Assembly (NCBI GenBank): GCA_046563655.1
Contig: CM102286.1
Coordinates: 7,874,001 to 7,938,000 of the forward strand
DNA: 64,000 nt
Direction: 5' to 3'
Origin: Yuukianura sp. NJ FZ-2021
Taxonomy: Eukaryota
Positions 27,407-38,987 of the stretch are shown here, in pieces. How positions within the stretch are numbered: the stretch's first letter is position 1; the number at the start of each line of letters is the position of its first letter. Both the position numbers and the translations under genes were made by a program. Under the pieces are notes generated by a model. That model searched no databases. It was given only the letters and a program-made list of their open reading frames with translations, and was not told the origin of the DNA.

Positions 27407-27931
27407 TATGGGGGGAGTTTTGCTGATTAATGTTAGGAATTTTTCCACATTAGGAATGCCTAAAATACGGGCTATTCCTGACGCAGAACATCCTGACGTC
27501 GGATTCCTGATGCAGAAATTCCTGACGTTCAATTTCTAATGCAGAAATTCCTAACGCAGAAAATCGTGACGTCCAATTCCTAATGCAGAAAATCGTGGCG
27601 TTCAATTCCTAACGCAGAAAATCCTGGCGTCAAATTCCTAACGTAAAAAATCCTGAGGTCCAATTCCTAATGTAAAAATTTCTGACAGTGATTTTCTAAT
27701 GTAAAAATTCCTGGCAGCGAATTTCTAATGTAGAAAATGCTGACAGATAATTTCTAATGCAAAAAATCCTGACAGACAATTTCTAACGTAAAAAATCCTG
27801 ACACACATTTTCTGAAGTAATCAGCTGATTCCTAATGTAAAAATTCGTGGCGTGGAAAGTTCGTGTTCAATTCCTGGCGAGGAAAGTTCACAGGCTTTCA
27901 CTTTCTCATTTTCATTCTCTCTCTATTGTAA
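27407..27931 (+). repeat. Left TIR with internal ~29-bp tandem repeats
   Basis: Reverse complement of 35376-35887; repeats like ttcctaacgcagaaaatcctgacgtccaa at ~27476-27850. Confidence 0.92.
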
Positions 27932-28258
27932 CACATTCTTTCTACTGTTGAGAGAGGGCGTCAATGGCATGCATAAAATACTTGGTTATGTGATAGTTTA
28001 TTTACAAATGTTGAATGGAATATAATAATAAATATATATATAATATATATAATATGAGTATTATAAGTATTAACAAGAAAATTCAACGTCTTCTTATACT
28101 AAAAACGAAGAGACAAATTCCAACAAAAGCTTTCTTGAAACCAGATCTTTTAGCAATAGTCATTTGAGTTAAGGATACAGGGATACAGTAATTAGATACA
28201 ATAATGAGGATTACTTGAATTTTAAATCTAATTAGGCGTAGGAGGGTAGCGCTACCCA

Positions 28259-29516
28259 TTAATTAAAATAAACTCTAACGAGGACTCGCAGTTTCTCTTT
28301 ACAGATAGGACATCTTGGAGACTGTACTCTTCCAAAATCATCGCGCGGAACGTTCGCTTTTACGCCTTCGATGCATCGGAGACAGTACTGGTGGCCACAT
28401 TTTAAAACGTACTCCTTGTTGTGATCGTAACAAATTGAGCACAGCATCTGCAGTCCATAAACGATTCATTACTGCTCAAATATTTATGCATACTTATATC
28501 CATGCCAGACTCGTTAGCTTACCCCCGTTTTTAGAGAGTCCATTTCCTCATTGACACGATGTGACCCTTGTTCCTTAAGAACTTCTTTGCGTCTTTTCAA
28601 TTCCTTCAGTTCTGTTTCCATATCCCTGCAATCAGAGAATTGTTGCAGACAATTCAACATATGCTCTGCGTCAGCGATCTTCTTCTGAATTGTTTCCAGG
28701 TTAGTCAGCATTGATTCGAAAATTTCTGATGTAGGAGAGCGCTCTCCTAGTTTGCTTTGACAAACTTCCAGGTCAAGTTCGACCTCTTTAATGAAGTCGT
28801 GAAGCCTCGGACCTTGTATGCCAAACTCCTTCAATTGCGCAACAACCTTTGAGACTTTCGCGTACAGAGGTTGTCTAACTTCGAACAATTGATTTACAGT
28901 GAGTTGAAACATTTTGTCTTCCTCGTCCCAAAACCGTGTTCCCCTGTAGCATTCTATATACTAAAACAAAAGAAAAATAACACTTTTAAGATTGGCCGCA
29001 ACAAAAAAACTAGGCTAGATGAATGGATCGCGCGATCCTTACGTTTCTCGAATGCGCGATACCATCCCTCATTGATGCTAGTCGCGACTTTAGTAGCTGG
29101 TGCAGTTCGGTCGCAGTTACTAAATCTTCGCGATGAGACATGAGAGTTGGCTTTTGGATATAGTATAAACCAAACTCCACCTCTGCGATCACGTCCAGTT
29201 CAGCGTCAAGGTGCTTACGTAACATGTCTCGCTGCAATGAAAGTTTCAAGTTATTATCTTATCTCCTCACAGATTTCACTTCTTAGCAGATAATGTTAAA
29301 CAATGCATTACTTACATGATGAATAACTGGTGAAGTACGGATACTTTGCTTCTCTCGCCATTTCTGTTTCTCCGCTTCCGGTTTTGGAGCCAGCATTCTG
29401 CGTTCCGTTACTGCTGAACGTTTTGTTTGGATGGCGCCATCCGAGCGCATATCCGTCGTACAAGCACGTCGGTGATGGCCTAAACTACCGCAAGACCAGC
29501 ACCCACTGGAACTCAT
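28259..29516 (-). CDS. Zinc knuckle + coiled-coil + C3HC4 RING protein (~338 aa; exons 29516-29316, 29231-29043, 28960-28523, 28447-28259), putative E3 ligase
   Basis: CWSCGSLGHHRRAC (CX2CX4HX4C); heptad-like middle region; CSIC...CGHQYCLRC...CPIC; three phase-0 GT-AG introns give an open frame. Confidence 0.85.
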
Positions 29517-30796
29517 TTTAACGTGAAACAACTTTCTGGAATTTATAAAGAATTGAATGTTTATATTTTCTGGAAGCGTGTAAAACTAATTCTAAAACTT
29601 GGCCTGAAGCTAAACACTAACGAGCATCGTTGCAACCACCACTGTCATCTGTGTCTACAGTTCATAGCTAACCGCCGCAACCACATCGCTCATGATTCCT
29701 ACAACATGAACATTTACTCAATTTGATTTCGAATGGTTTTTTATATTGAAATATTTCCATAAATTGTAAGGACAAAAGATAAATACATTACTTAAACTTA
29801 ATTACAAAATTACTATTATTCGTCCTTACTTCAGCCAAAATAACTGTGCGATTGGTGTATCTAAACCACTGCTATTTCGGACTACGAATTCGAATTTTTT
29901 AACTACGAATTCGAAAAGACTTATGTGGCGTGGAATAAAACCTAGATTTCTCAAAAACGAAAGTCCAGATTTTGAATTCCTTTCGCAGGTTCATAGCACG
30001 CATGAATCTGCGTACTTATGGAAAAATTTAGCTTTCGCACTGGTCGAAGTCGAAAGTTATGACCATCCTTTTCCACCAGCTTGGCTAGATTTGAGGACTA
30101 CAGAATTAAAATTTTGAATACAACTGATACAACTGAACAAACAGTAATCACTATGACTGATTCTGACGATACATAATAAAAATTAATTAATACACTACAG
30201 CTCAAAAACGACTGTCCAGATTCTGAACTCGTTTTGTACACTTAAAGCTTCTATATTGAAGGATGTTTCAAGAAATTTGTAGCTTTCTTGCTGATCCAGG
30301 TCAAAAGTTATGACAATTTAATTTCAAAACCTACCCACTCTCGCTTAAATAAGGCTTTGAACCTTGGTAGCTTAAATCCTATCTCAACGCCTTAAAGTAA
30401 AGATAAAGTACCGTATTTTAAAGCAAAACTGTTTTCATAAGGTTTCATTGATGAATTCCACTGGCGGTCAAAAGAGATTATGTTTTACGTTAAATTAAAT
30501 TATTAATTAATTAATTATCATATCTCATTAATTAATTTATTAATCAACTATCAATTAATGAAAAGACGGGTTGAAAGCCCACGTCTTCTACTGATTTCTG
30601 ACTATAGGTTGTCAATATTCATTTCTTAAAAAAAGTTGAATAAGTAACTGACCACCGAACAGTTCGAGTTCTGACTATTATCCAGACCCCTCAGGTATTT
30701 CTTTGGAACCTGTTTACTTCCCGTGTTTTCACAGTATTGAACTACTATGCTTATTGCATTTCGTGTAGCGCTACACTTTAAGGTGCATTGCTGGTT

Positions 30797-32500
30797 ATGG
30801 AGCACCTAACGCAGCAATCCTTACGTTGCTCAATCCAGCAACTCATCAACGCTTTAAACGAAGGTGCGGATTTAGACATAGTCACACAAGGTTTAGATTT
30901 CCTGTTGTTAGAACTCGAGCTGTGTAACCAACAGGAACACTGGGTTGTTGAATCGGTGTCTAAATTGACAGAAGTTACAGCTCTATTGGTGCAAGAGTTG
31001 GAAGGGGAAACATTGCGCAAACTAGGAAGACCAAGAATTCATATTCCTATTGAAGATATTGAGTTTTTACTATCCTTCCGGTTCAAAGTCGTGGATATTG
31101 CCAAGTTGTACGGGGTGTCAAGGGATACAATAAGTGGACGCCTTCGAGACCATGGGATTTCGGTAACTACTAAGTTACACCATGCTTAGCGCTAAGCAGT
31201 AAATGTGAATGGGCTGACTCTGTTTTGTGAACAAAATTATCAGGTTTCCCACAGCTATACAAACCTAACTGACGAACAACTACAGTCGGAAATGCTGAAA
31301 ATTTTACAAGACTTTCCAAACACAGGGTACAAACGAATGAAAGGATTCCTCTTAAGCAATGGCATTAAGGTGGCGGACAAAAGGGTTCGACTAGCTATGA
31401 GGGAAGTTGACCCTGAAGGTGTCGCTTTACGACGACGAGGCAACAGAGCCATAGTACGCCGGCAATACAGAATGACCTATTCCAACGAGCTATGGCATTT
31501 GGATACAAATATGAAGTTGATCAGGTTGACAAATTTAATAACAGCAGTTTAAGGAAGTTGGAAAGCGCTTTCCGTTGTTAAATGTTTTAAGTTTATTTTA
31601 GGTGGAACATTATAATCAGGAGCTGTATCGATGGGAAGTCACGGGTTGTAGTTTATCTGGATGCCAGTGCCGATAACACGTCCAAGAGTAATTTGGAATC
31701 ATTCTTAAAAGCTGTGACAAAATATGGTATTCCTTGGAGGACTCGCTCGGACAAAGGCGGGGAGAATGTGTCAATTGCTCAATTCATGATTGAAAACCGT
31801 GGAGCTGGAAGAGCAAGTCATATTTGTGGTAGGTCGGTGCACAACCAAAGGTGAGTAGCGCTACTCCAAAAAAAAAATAGTGTCATATCATAAAACCATA
31901 ATCTTAGTTTGTAATTATGTTAGGATTGAGCGGTACTGGAGAGACGTTTACTATGGGTATACGAGCACAATTGCGAGTGTACTAATTGCGCTGGAAGAGG
32001 ATGGGTACCTGGACATAGATAACCCGAAGCATGTAGAACTTGTCCACTTAGTATTTGTTCCAAGAATTAATGACGCTTTGGAAGTTTTTCGAAATGCCTG
32101 GAATAATCACCCATTGTCGACGGAAGGAAATTATAGTCCAAATCAGCTCATGTTACTCAACCTGCCGCCCGATGACCATGTCCAACACATTTCTCAGGTA
32201 CTTTGCGTAGCGCTACGCATCGGAGTTGAGAAAATATAATGTTTTTTCATGACGAATATACCAAATCCGTTCCTGTTTCCGTAGGAGGATGTGGACGACT
32301 ACTTGTGCCAGGACTTGTCTGATGTTGCGTACCTGGTTCCACCGGATGTGGATTCGATAACATCGCCAATGAGTTTGGCCGGAAGTATTACAGAAATTGA
32401 ATTGGATAGACTAAGACAGCTGGACTTCAACCAACCGTCATCCAGCTTTGGCTTTGACATATTTCTAAACGCAGTGGGCCTACTTGATTTCACATCGTAA
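30797..32500 (+). CDS. IS3/integrase-like DD34E transposase (~461 aa; exons 30797-31162, 31244-31524, 31602-31850, 31924-32197, 32285-32500)
   Basis: HTH (VVDIAKLYGVSRDTISGRL), GYKRMKGFL, catalytic WHLDTNMKL, RSDKGGEN, HNQRIERYWRDV; all splice junctions preserve the frame. Confidence 0.92.
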
Positions 32501-32746
32501 AAAACGAAGCAGATTTTGTTTAATCTGAATAGGATTAAATAAATTAGTGTGGCGCCGCACTACAGAAAATAAGCTGAAATCGTATCAGTTAGCGTTTTCT
32601 CGCAAATATTGCTACATGTGGCGCCACATAAAACGAAATAAATAATCTGAAAGAACTAAACTAGAAGTAAAGTAGCATGGGTTTTGTGAAGTTCGAATTA
32701 AGTAAATACATAACGCAACAACAATAAGTACACTTCCTCCGACGTG

Positions 32747-35170
32747 CTAGACTCCCCCGAAACCGTTGCTTGCGTACCGCACGACGAGATTCAACTTCTC
32801 CACTAGTTCCGTGCAACTGAGGTCATTTGGAATTTGTATTTCATTGAAGCACGCACGAACCATGAAGTCAACATCGTCTTCAAAACGTACAATTAAAGGA
32901 TCTTCCGGTAAAACGGGCCAACCAGTCCACGCGGACAGCAGATTCTGTAGACCACCTGAAACTAAATATAGCAGTTAGTATGTTGAGCATTCCGGAGTAG
33001 CGCTACTCAACTTTGAGTAACGTAACTTACGCAGTTCCAAAGATTCTATGAAGCTGGTTACAACCGAAAGCATTTCTTGTCTTCCGTGACATTCGATTTT
33101 GGAAATAAGCAAGCTGGAAGGATAATTAAGTGCTGAACTCCGAGGAAATAAAGATTCAACTAAGTACGACTTTCCTTTCAGGAATTCATTCAGTCCTGCG
33201 CACTTGAATCCAGCTTTAATCGCCTCCAGTTGTGCAACGCGACGGTCGACGACGGCATGATATAACACTTGTTCTATGACAAAGCCAGAGTTGTGTTTGT
33301 CGACGGTTTCTCCGAATTCCGATGATTCTGCCACCTCTTGCACATGCGCTGCCTCATCCTCCGTTAGAGTGGCGCCACTCTGCAGTTTCGCCAACTAATT
33401 TTTTTCAAAGTTGCGTGAAATTAAATCAAAAGTTAAGTTAATCAAACAACAAAATGATTAAGTTACCAATGCAACTGCTTCACGAACGTGAAGTTCTGGA
33501 ACGTCCTCCACGGTGATAGGAAGTGGCGTATCACTATCAACGGTTTCAAGAAATACGTACTGCGCCACCGCCTCACTCAATCCAATAAACGCGATTCCGC
33601 AATGTAAAGCAGCGTGACCCAAAAACTTTCCAATCGTTTTGAAAACCCCAGCGCGAAGGAGCCTTCCATCTGTTGCCGGAACCTTGTGGTCTAGTTCACC
33701 TTCGAAAGCAGGAAGGCCATCTATCTTGTCTTGAACTATTGCCGTCAGTCCTTTCCAAAAGTATTCACGAGTTATTGCTCCAATGTCGGCCCCTTCAAAA
33801 TGATAGTTAAAATAAACTAAACATTTTAATCAATATAATTAGTTGGATAGCGCTATCCTAGTACCGGGTTCACCCTGAAATTCTACTTTTGGTTTCTTCA
33901 GGAAGTTGAACGCAGGATCCTTGTAAATGCCAAGAATTTTTTCTAGAAAACGCTCTCTTGAAGCAAGAATATACTGAAACCCTTCGTTTTCCATGTAAAT
34001 TTGTTCGCGGTAATGGTCCAATGTCAATAGTTCTCCCTCGATTGATGGCGATGAGTTCGCAGATGTATCGTTCCGGGTAACCTCCGACAAAGGCAAGTGC
34101 TGATTAACAGCACCCTCGAGTGTTGAATTTAATGCCGAAGGCTGTCGTCCGTCTCCGACCGGTGTCTAAAAAATGGATAACGCCATCCATTAAACATTGT
34201 TTATCACTAACCTCAACATAGAACTTACAACCATATAATTTGAGCGAGGAAGTTGAAGATTAACTTCAGGTTCGGCACTCAAGCCTTGGTGAAGCTCCTC
34301 TGAATCCACTGGTATGGGTTGATCAAGCTGAACATCCACTGCTACGTGTGGTAACGGTTGTTCAATTCCTTCCGCAACCTGTGTCAAGTGTAAACAGTTC
34401 CAATTACAGTTAGTTTTGATTAGGATAGCGCTATCCATACAAAGCAATACTTAAAATGAGTGTAGACGAGGAACGTAACTTACACTTAAAATGTCGGAAA
34501 CTGGCTGGACGTAGATAACTGCAAGTCGAGAAGCGCGTAAATGCAGCACACCAGGCACTGGCTCCGTGTTTGATACTCGAACCAATGGCTTCCCTTTACC
34601 ACCAGTCAGTGCACGATATAATACAACACCTACTGCAACTAATTTTGGGAAAGTGCTTTCCAGTGCCGCCTTCAATGCGTCAATTGTTGCAGTGGGATCT
34701 AGCAAAGTAACAATTGATCATTACCCATGCCACACTCTACACCTTTATTTAAAAAAAAACTAACCAATTGTGATAACTTCTTCCCCTAGTCCATGCCTTT
34801 TGAGAAGTAGCATACGAGATTCGATTGGTGTTTTCGATTCCGAAGGTCCACCAAGACAACAGTACCTGGCAGTCCAAGGCCTTATATTACGTACCGGTAT
34901 GGAACGATGTCGAAGTGCTGGGCGCCCAGTTAATCGCAGACCAGCAGCTGAAGTCGATGGTCTAGGATAAGGTGCAAACAGGCGAGACATTTCGGATCGC
35001 GCGAGTCCATTGGTAGAGCTTCCGGATTGACCTTGTTCTTGTCTTCGAGTTACCACTGGTGTAGTGTGACCCGGAGTCACTGTTGTAGCTGTTGGAGACT
35101 CAACGCCAAGTAAACTAGCAAGTTGGGTAAGAATTTGAGTAGCAGTAGCTCTGGTATTTCCATCCGCCAT
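32747..35170 (-). CDS. HECT-domain E3 ubiquitin ligase-like protein (~656 aa; exons 35170-34765, 34698-34484, 34378-34229, 34165-33865, 33792-33467, 33394-33031, 32955-32747)
   Basis: VEFQGEPGADIGAITREYFW, FKTIGKFLGHAALH, QLEAIKAGF, LLSAWTG, catalytic RACFNEIQIP and C-terminal GFGGV*; frame intact across 6 introns. Confidence 0.88.
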
Positions 35171-35375
35171 ATTGGGCTGATTTGTATTAGTTCCGGTGTT
35201 AGAAAACCGTCACGACAAAATTCTACATTGATTGATATACAGTATTTGAAATATCGCAACACTTATCCACAAAAGAGTGGCGCCACTCAACAGACGTGTA
35301 GCACTACACCTAAAAATGTAACGCTAGTTTTTTTCATTGCCGATAACGCCCCCTCTTGACGGTTGCAAAATGTTT

Positions 35376-35887
35376 TTACAATAAAAAGTGAGAATGAAAA
35401 TGAGAAAGTGAAAGCCTGTGAACTTTCCTCGCCAGGAATTGAACACGAACTTTCCACGCCACGAATTTTTACATTAGGAATCAGCTGATTACTTCAGAAA
35501 ATGTGTGTCAGGATTTTTTACGTTAGAAATTGTCTGTCAGGATTTTTTGCATTAGAAATTATCTGTCAGCATTTTCTACATTAGAAATTCGCTGCCAGGA
35601 ATTTTTGCATTAGAAATTCACTGTCAGAAATTTTTACATTAGGATTTGGACCTCAGGATTTTTTACGTTAGGAATTTGACGTCACGATTTTCTTCGTTAG
35701 GAATTTGACGCCAGCATTTTCTGCGTTAGGAAATGGACGTCACGATTTTCTGCGTTAGGAATTTAGCGCTAGGATTTTCTGCATTAGGAATTGGACGTCA
35801 CGATTTTCTGCGTTAGGAATAGCCTGTATTTTAGGCATTCCTAATGTGGAAAAATTCCTAACATTTATCAGCAAATCTCCCCCCATA
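35376..35887 (-). repeat. Right TIR of the IS3EU-like element
   Basis: Reverse complement of 27407-27931; inner ~250 bp nearly identical, repeat copy number differs slightly. Confidence 0.92.
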
Positions 35888-35911
35888 CATCTCTGAAAAA
35901 ATTTTCTCCTC

Positions 35912-38900
35912 TTATACGTTTCTCCTCAGAAACTCTGCTGGACGAGTGAAGTCCCCGTCGCCACTTTCGGCATCTTCTGCAAGGTCATGTGGGATTTCCT
36001 TAATGTTGTCAGATAATTTGCGAGATACTTGTGCAAATTCGCGATTCGTTTGAACCACTTTCTCTAGCTTTGCGATCAATTCATAGTCGGGTACAATGGT
36101 TTTGCTCCAGTCAATTCCAAGTATTTTTCCCACGGTAGTGCGCAAATTAAGGAGCTGAAATAGACAAACATCATCAGAGTATCAAACAAAAAAGAAACAT
36201 AATGTGTAACCTCCATGATTGATGCATGCAATTTACCTGATTTTCACGTCTTGACGATTCCAATAGGTTCTTCCGGCAAGCATTTAACTCTGAACTTAGT
36301 CTCTGGAATGCATTATCATTTAAATCTCGTTCCTGATTGGTGTTTTCGCGTGAAATTTTGAGCTGGTCTTTTAGCAAATTCACTTTCCTGTTATACTTGA
36401 CCCGAAGGACTTCCATATCATTCAGTTTAGTCTCCAACTCTTCAATTTTTCTTGCCCTTTCCAAGGAAATAATCTGCAAATGTTTGGAATTCTGAAAAAG
36501 TTACACTTGATTCAGAAGTAGCTTGTAAATCGTACTTTGTATTCCGTCGCGTCTGTCAAGTGCAACTTCATATCTTTCACAGAAAGTCTTGATTCGCGCA
36601 GGTCCAGCTCAAGACGTTCAACTTGCTTGATGAGCTTCTTGCATCTTGCGGTCGCTTCATCTCGTTCCAGTTCCAGCGTTGTTCTTAGCTTAATGCTGTC
36701 TTCGAGTAAAGTAATTTTCTTCCTTAGCATATCCAAATGCAAATCTTTCTTCTCCATCTGCTCTTTTAACGTACGAACTCTTCGCTGAAGTTGATACACT
36801 GATGCAGTCTATTTAAAAAAAGAAGCGAAGAGACAAGCAATTAAAAACCAAGCAAAGTCACAACTGTAAGCATTCTATTTGAATTTTGAAACTTTCTAGA
36901 AGCATACTTTATCTGCCAAGCGATCGCCCTCCAATTTTGCCAGTTGCGTCGCTCTTGTTACAATCGCATCCGTCTGAAGGTCGAATCCGAGTTCCTTGGA
37001 AACTTCGTCCAGTCCCAAAATATTTCCAAGTTGCTCCAGAAATTGCATATACTAAATGTAAGTATCAGAAAAAGTAAAATCCAGTGAATTTTAGTAAATG
37101 TTTGGTCTTTTGAATCTCACTCTGTTCTTATCCCTGCGTAATCCTTCGTTTAGGATTTCAGTTGTTGTTAGCTGGGTCTCCGTTTCCTGAAGCTTTTTGA
37201 GTGAAATCACCTTGTCACTAATGGCATCCTCTTGCTTGCCCTTTGAATCCGACAGTAACTTTTCGAGACGTTCGACATTTTCTGTTAATCGTCCAACCTT
37301 TTCCTTCAGTTGGTCATTGGCCTGTTTAAAAGGAAAAAGCAAAACATTGAAAAAACTCTTGAAAGTTCAAACAAAGCATTTACGTATAGTTTCTCCTTCA
37401 ATTCATTTTGGATTTCCTTGATTCTTTCTCGGATTCCGCTTGGACTATCCACCGTTCTAGATCCAGTAGATAACTGAATTGCTATTGAATCCTGAAAATT
37501 TCGAAGTTCTTTTTCAGTTCTGCTATTTTTCTCTTCAGCGACCAGTAGATTTTGTTTCAAGGTGTGTAGTTGCAGTTCCATGGTTTTCGCTTGCTCGTTC
37601 AAATTGGAGACAGTTCTGTCAGTAATGGAAGAACGCTCTTTGTAACTCCCTAGTTCGGTTTGAAGATATGATTTTTCTGTTTGAATTTCATCCTTCTCCT
37701 GAAAAATTAAAATATAAATGATACCAAAAAACTGGCGTTAGTAAGAAATTCACCTCAAATTAGGATATGTTCTGACTCACTCGTTTGAGCGAATCAACGC
37801 TGGACATGAACGAAACTATCCGCTGGTTGGAGTTCTCCTTTTCGGAATTAAGACGATTAATCATTTCCACATTAATTTTAGTTTCCCTCTCGAAAGATTC
37901 AATTGATTGCCTCATTTCAGCAACCTTGACGCTTAGTCTTCGGTTTTCCTTAAAAAAATTGAAAAATAAAAAACATAAAAAACGAAACCAAAAATAAAAT
38001 ACATTTAAAAAATCCAAAGTTATTGCTGCTATTGCGCAGTAGGATTTTACCTGGAAAACTTCGTAGACGCGTTTCAGAATAGCGTCCATCTTGGGAGATT
38101 CTTCTTGCAGGTCAACTGCTTGGCCCAATTTTTTGCAAAACTCCAACAGACTTTTCTGTGAATGCTCCTTGGCTTGATCCGCTCCATCTCGATCAATCAG
38201 CGTAGACCTTCAATGACAAAAAACAAACTTAATTACTAACTTAGAGTAGAACAATGACCACCAAAACGTTTAGCTCACCTCAGCTGGCTCTGTAGGTCTT
38301 CAATAAAATTTTGATTATGCTGAAGTTCGTGTTTACAACGAGAAATTTCATCTTCCTGCCTTTGATTCGTTGTAGAAAGTTGTCGCTCGCGTTCCTCAAC
38401 GTCCTGAATAGACAAAGCATGACGTAAAATTGAAGATGTTTAACAATCAATTAATTGGATCATGCAAATTACCTGAAGTTTCCGCTGCAGGGAACCATTG
38501 ATGGCATTAAGTCGAGCTAAATTCTCCTTCAAATTGTCAATTTCAGCATTCAGACGCTGCAAAGAACCGTCTTTGGTCTTCATCCTGTTTTCATTGTCTC
38601 GTAACTAAAAATTATCATAACATAATAAATTAATAAATAATAAATAATAAAATATACAAAAATAAAGTAAACAAATTATTCTAAATTGTACAATTAATCA
38701 GTTGAAAACCGCTTACCTCTTGAGTTAATCGATCATTTTTGTACTTCAGAGCTGCAATTTCACTTTGCAGATGTGTGTCTGCTGGAATATCGTCCTGCAA
38801 CATTAAAAACCAATCCCAAGGCTTAAATTGTGATTAAAAAGTTAATTATGTTAAGGTACAGAAACGAATTATTACTTCAAATGAATTGGTATATTAATTA

Positions 38901-38987
38901 TAATTAAATATTAAATTAATCACTATATTATTGTACTTCATTTCTCTTATCGAAATGCTCCAGTGAATTCTGAACAAGTAGATACAT
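35912..38987 (-). CDS. CCDC170: Coiled-coil domain-containing protein 170-like (start uncertain)
   Basis: Long coiled-coil exons; YQLQRRVRTLKEQMEKKDLHLDMLRKKI and LRTTVGKILGIDW..VPDYELIAKLEK resemble the CCDC170 C-terminus. Confidence 0.7.

Larger units (their letters stand above)
27407..35887. mobile_element. IS3EU-like autonomous DNA transposon (8481 bp) with three spliced genes
   Basis: Termini TATGGGGGGAG...CTCCCCCCATA, ~510-525-bp TIRs, 6-bp TSD CATCTC (27401-27406, 35888-35893), intact integrase-type DDE gene. TAY..RTA ends with 6-bp TSD fit the IS3EU superfamily as I recall its definition. Confidence 0.88.

Noticed and set aside
27407..35887. Polinton/Maverick or LTR retrotransposon (integrase, 6-bp TSD, zinc knuckle)
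   Set aside because: No DNA polymerase B, ATPase, capsid, RT or RNase H; repeats are inverted, not direct; genes contain introns.
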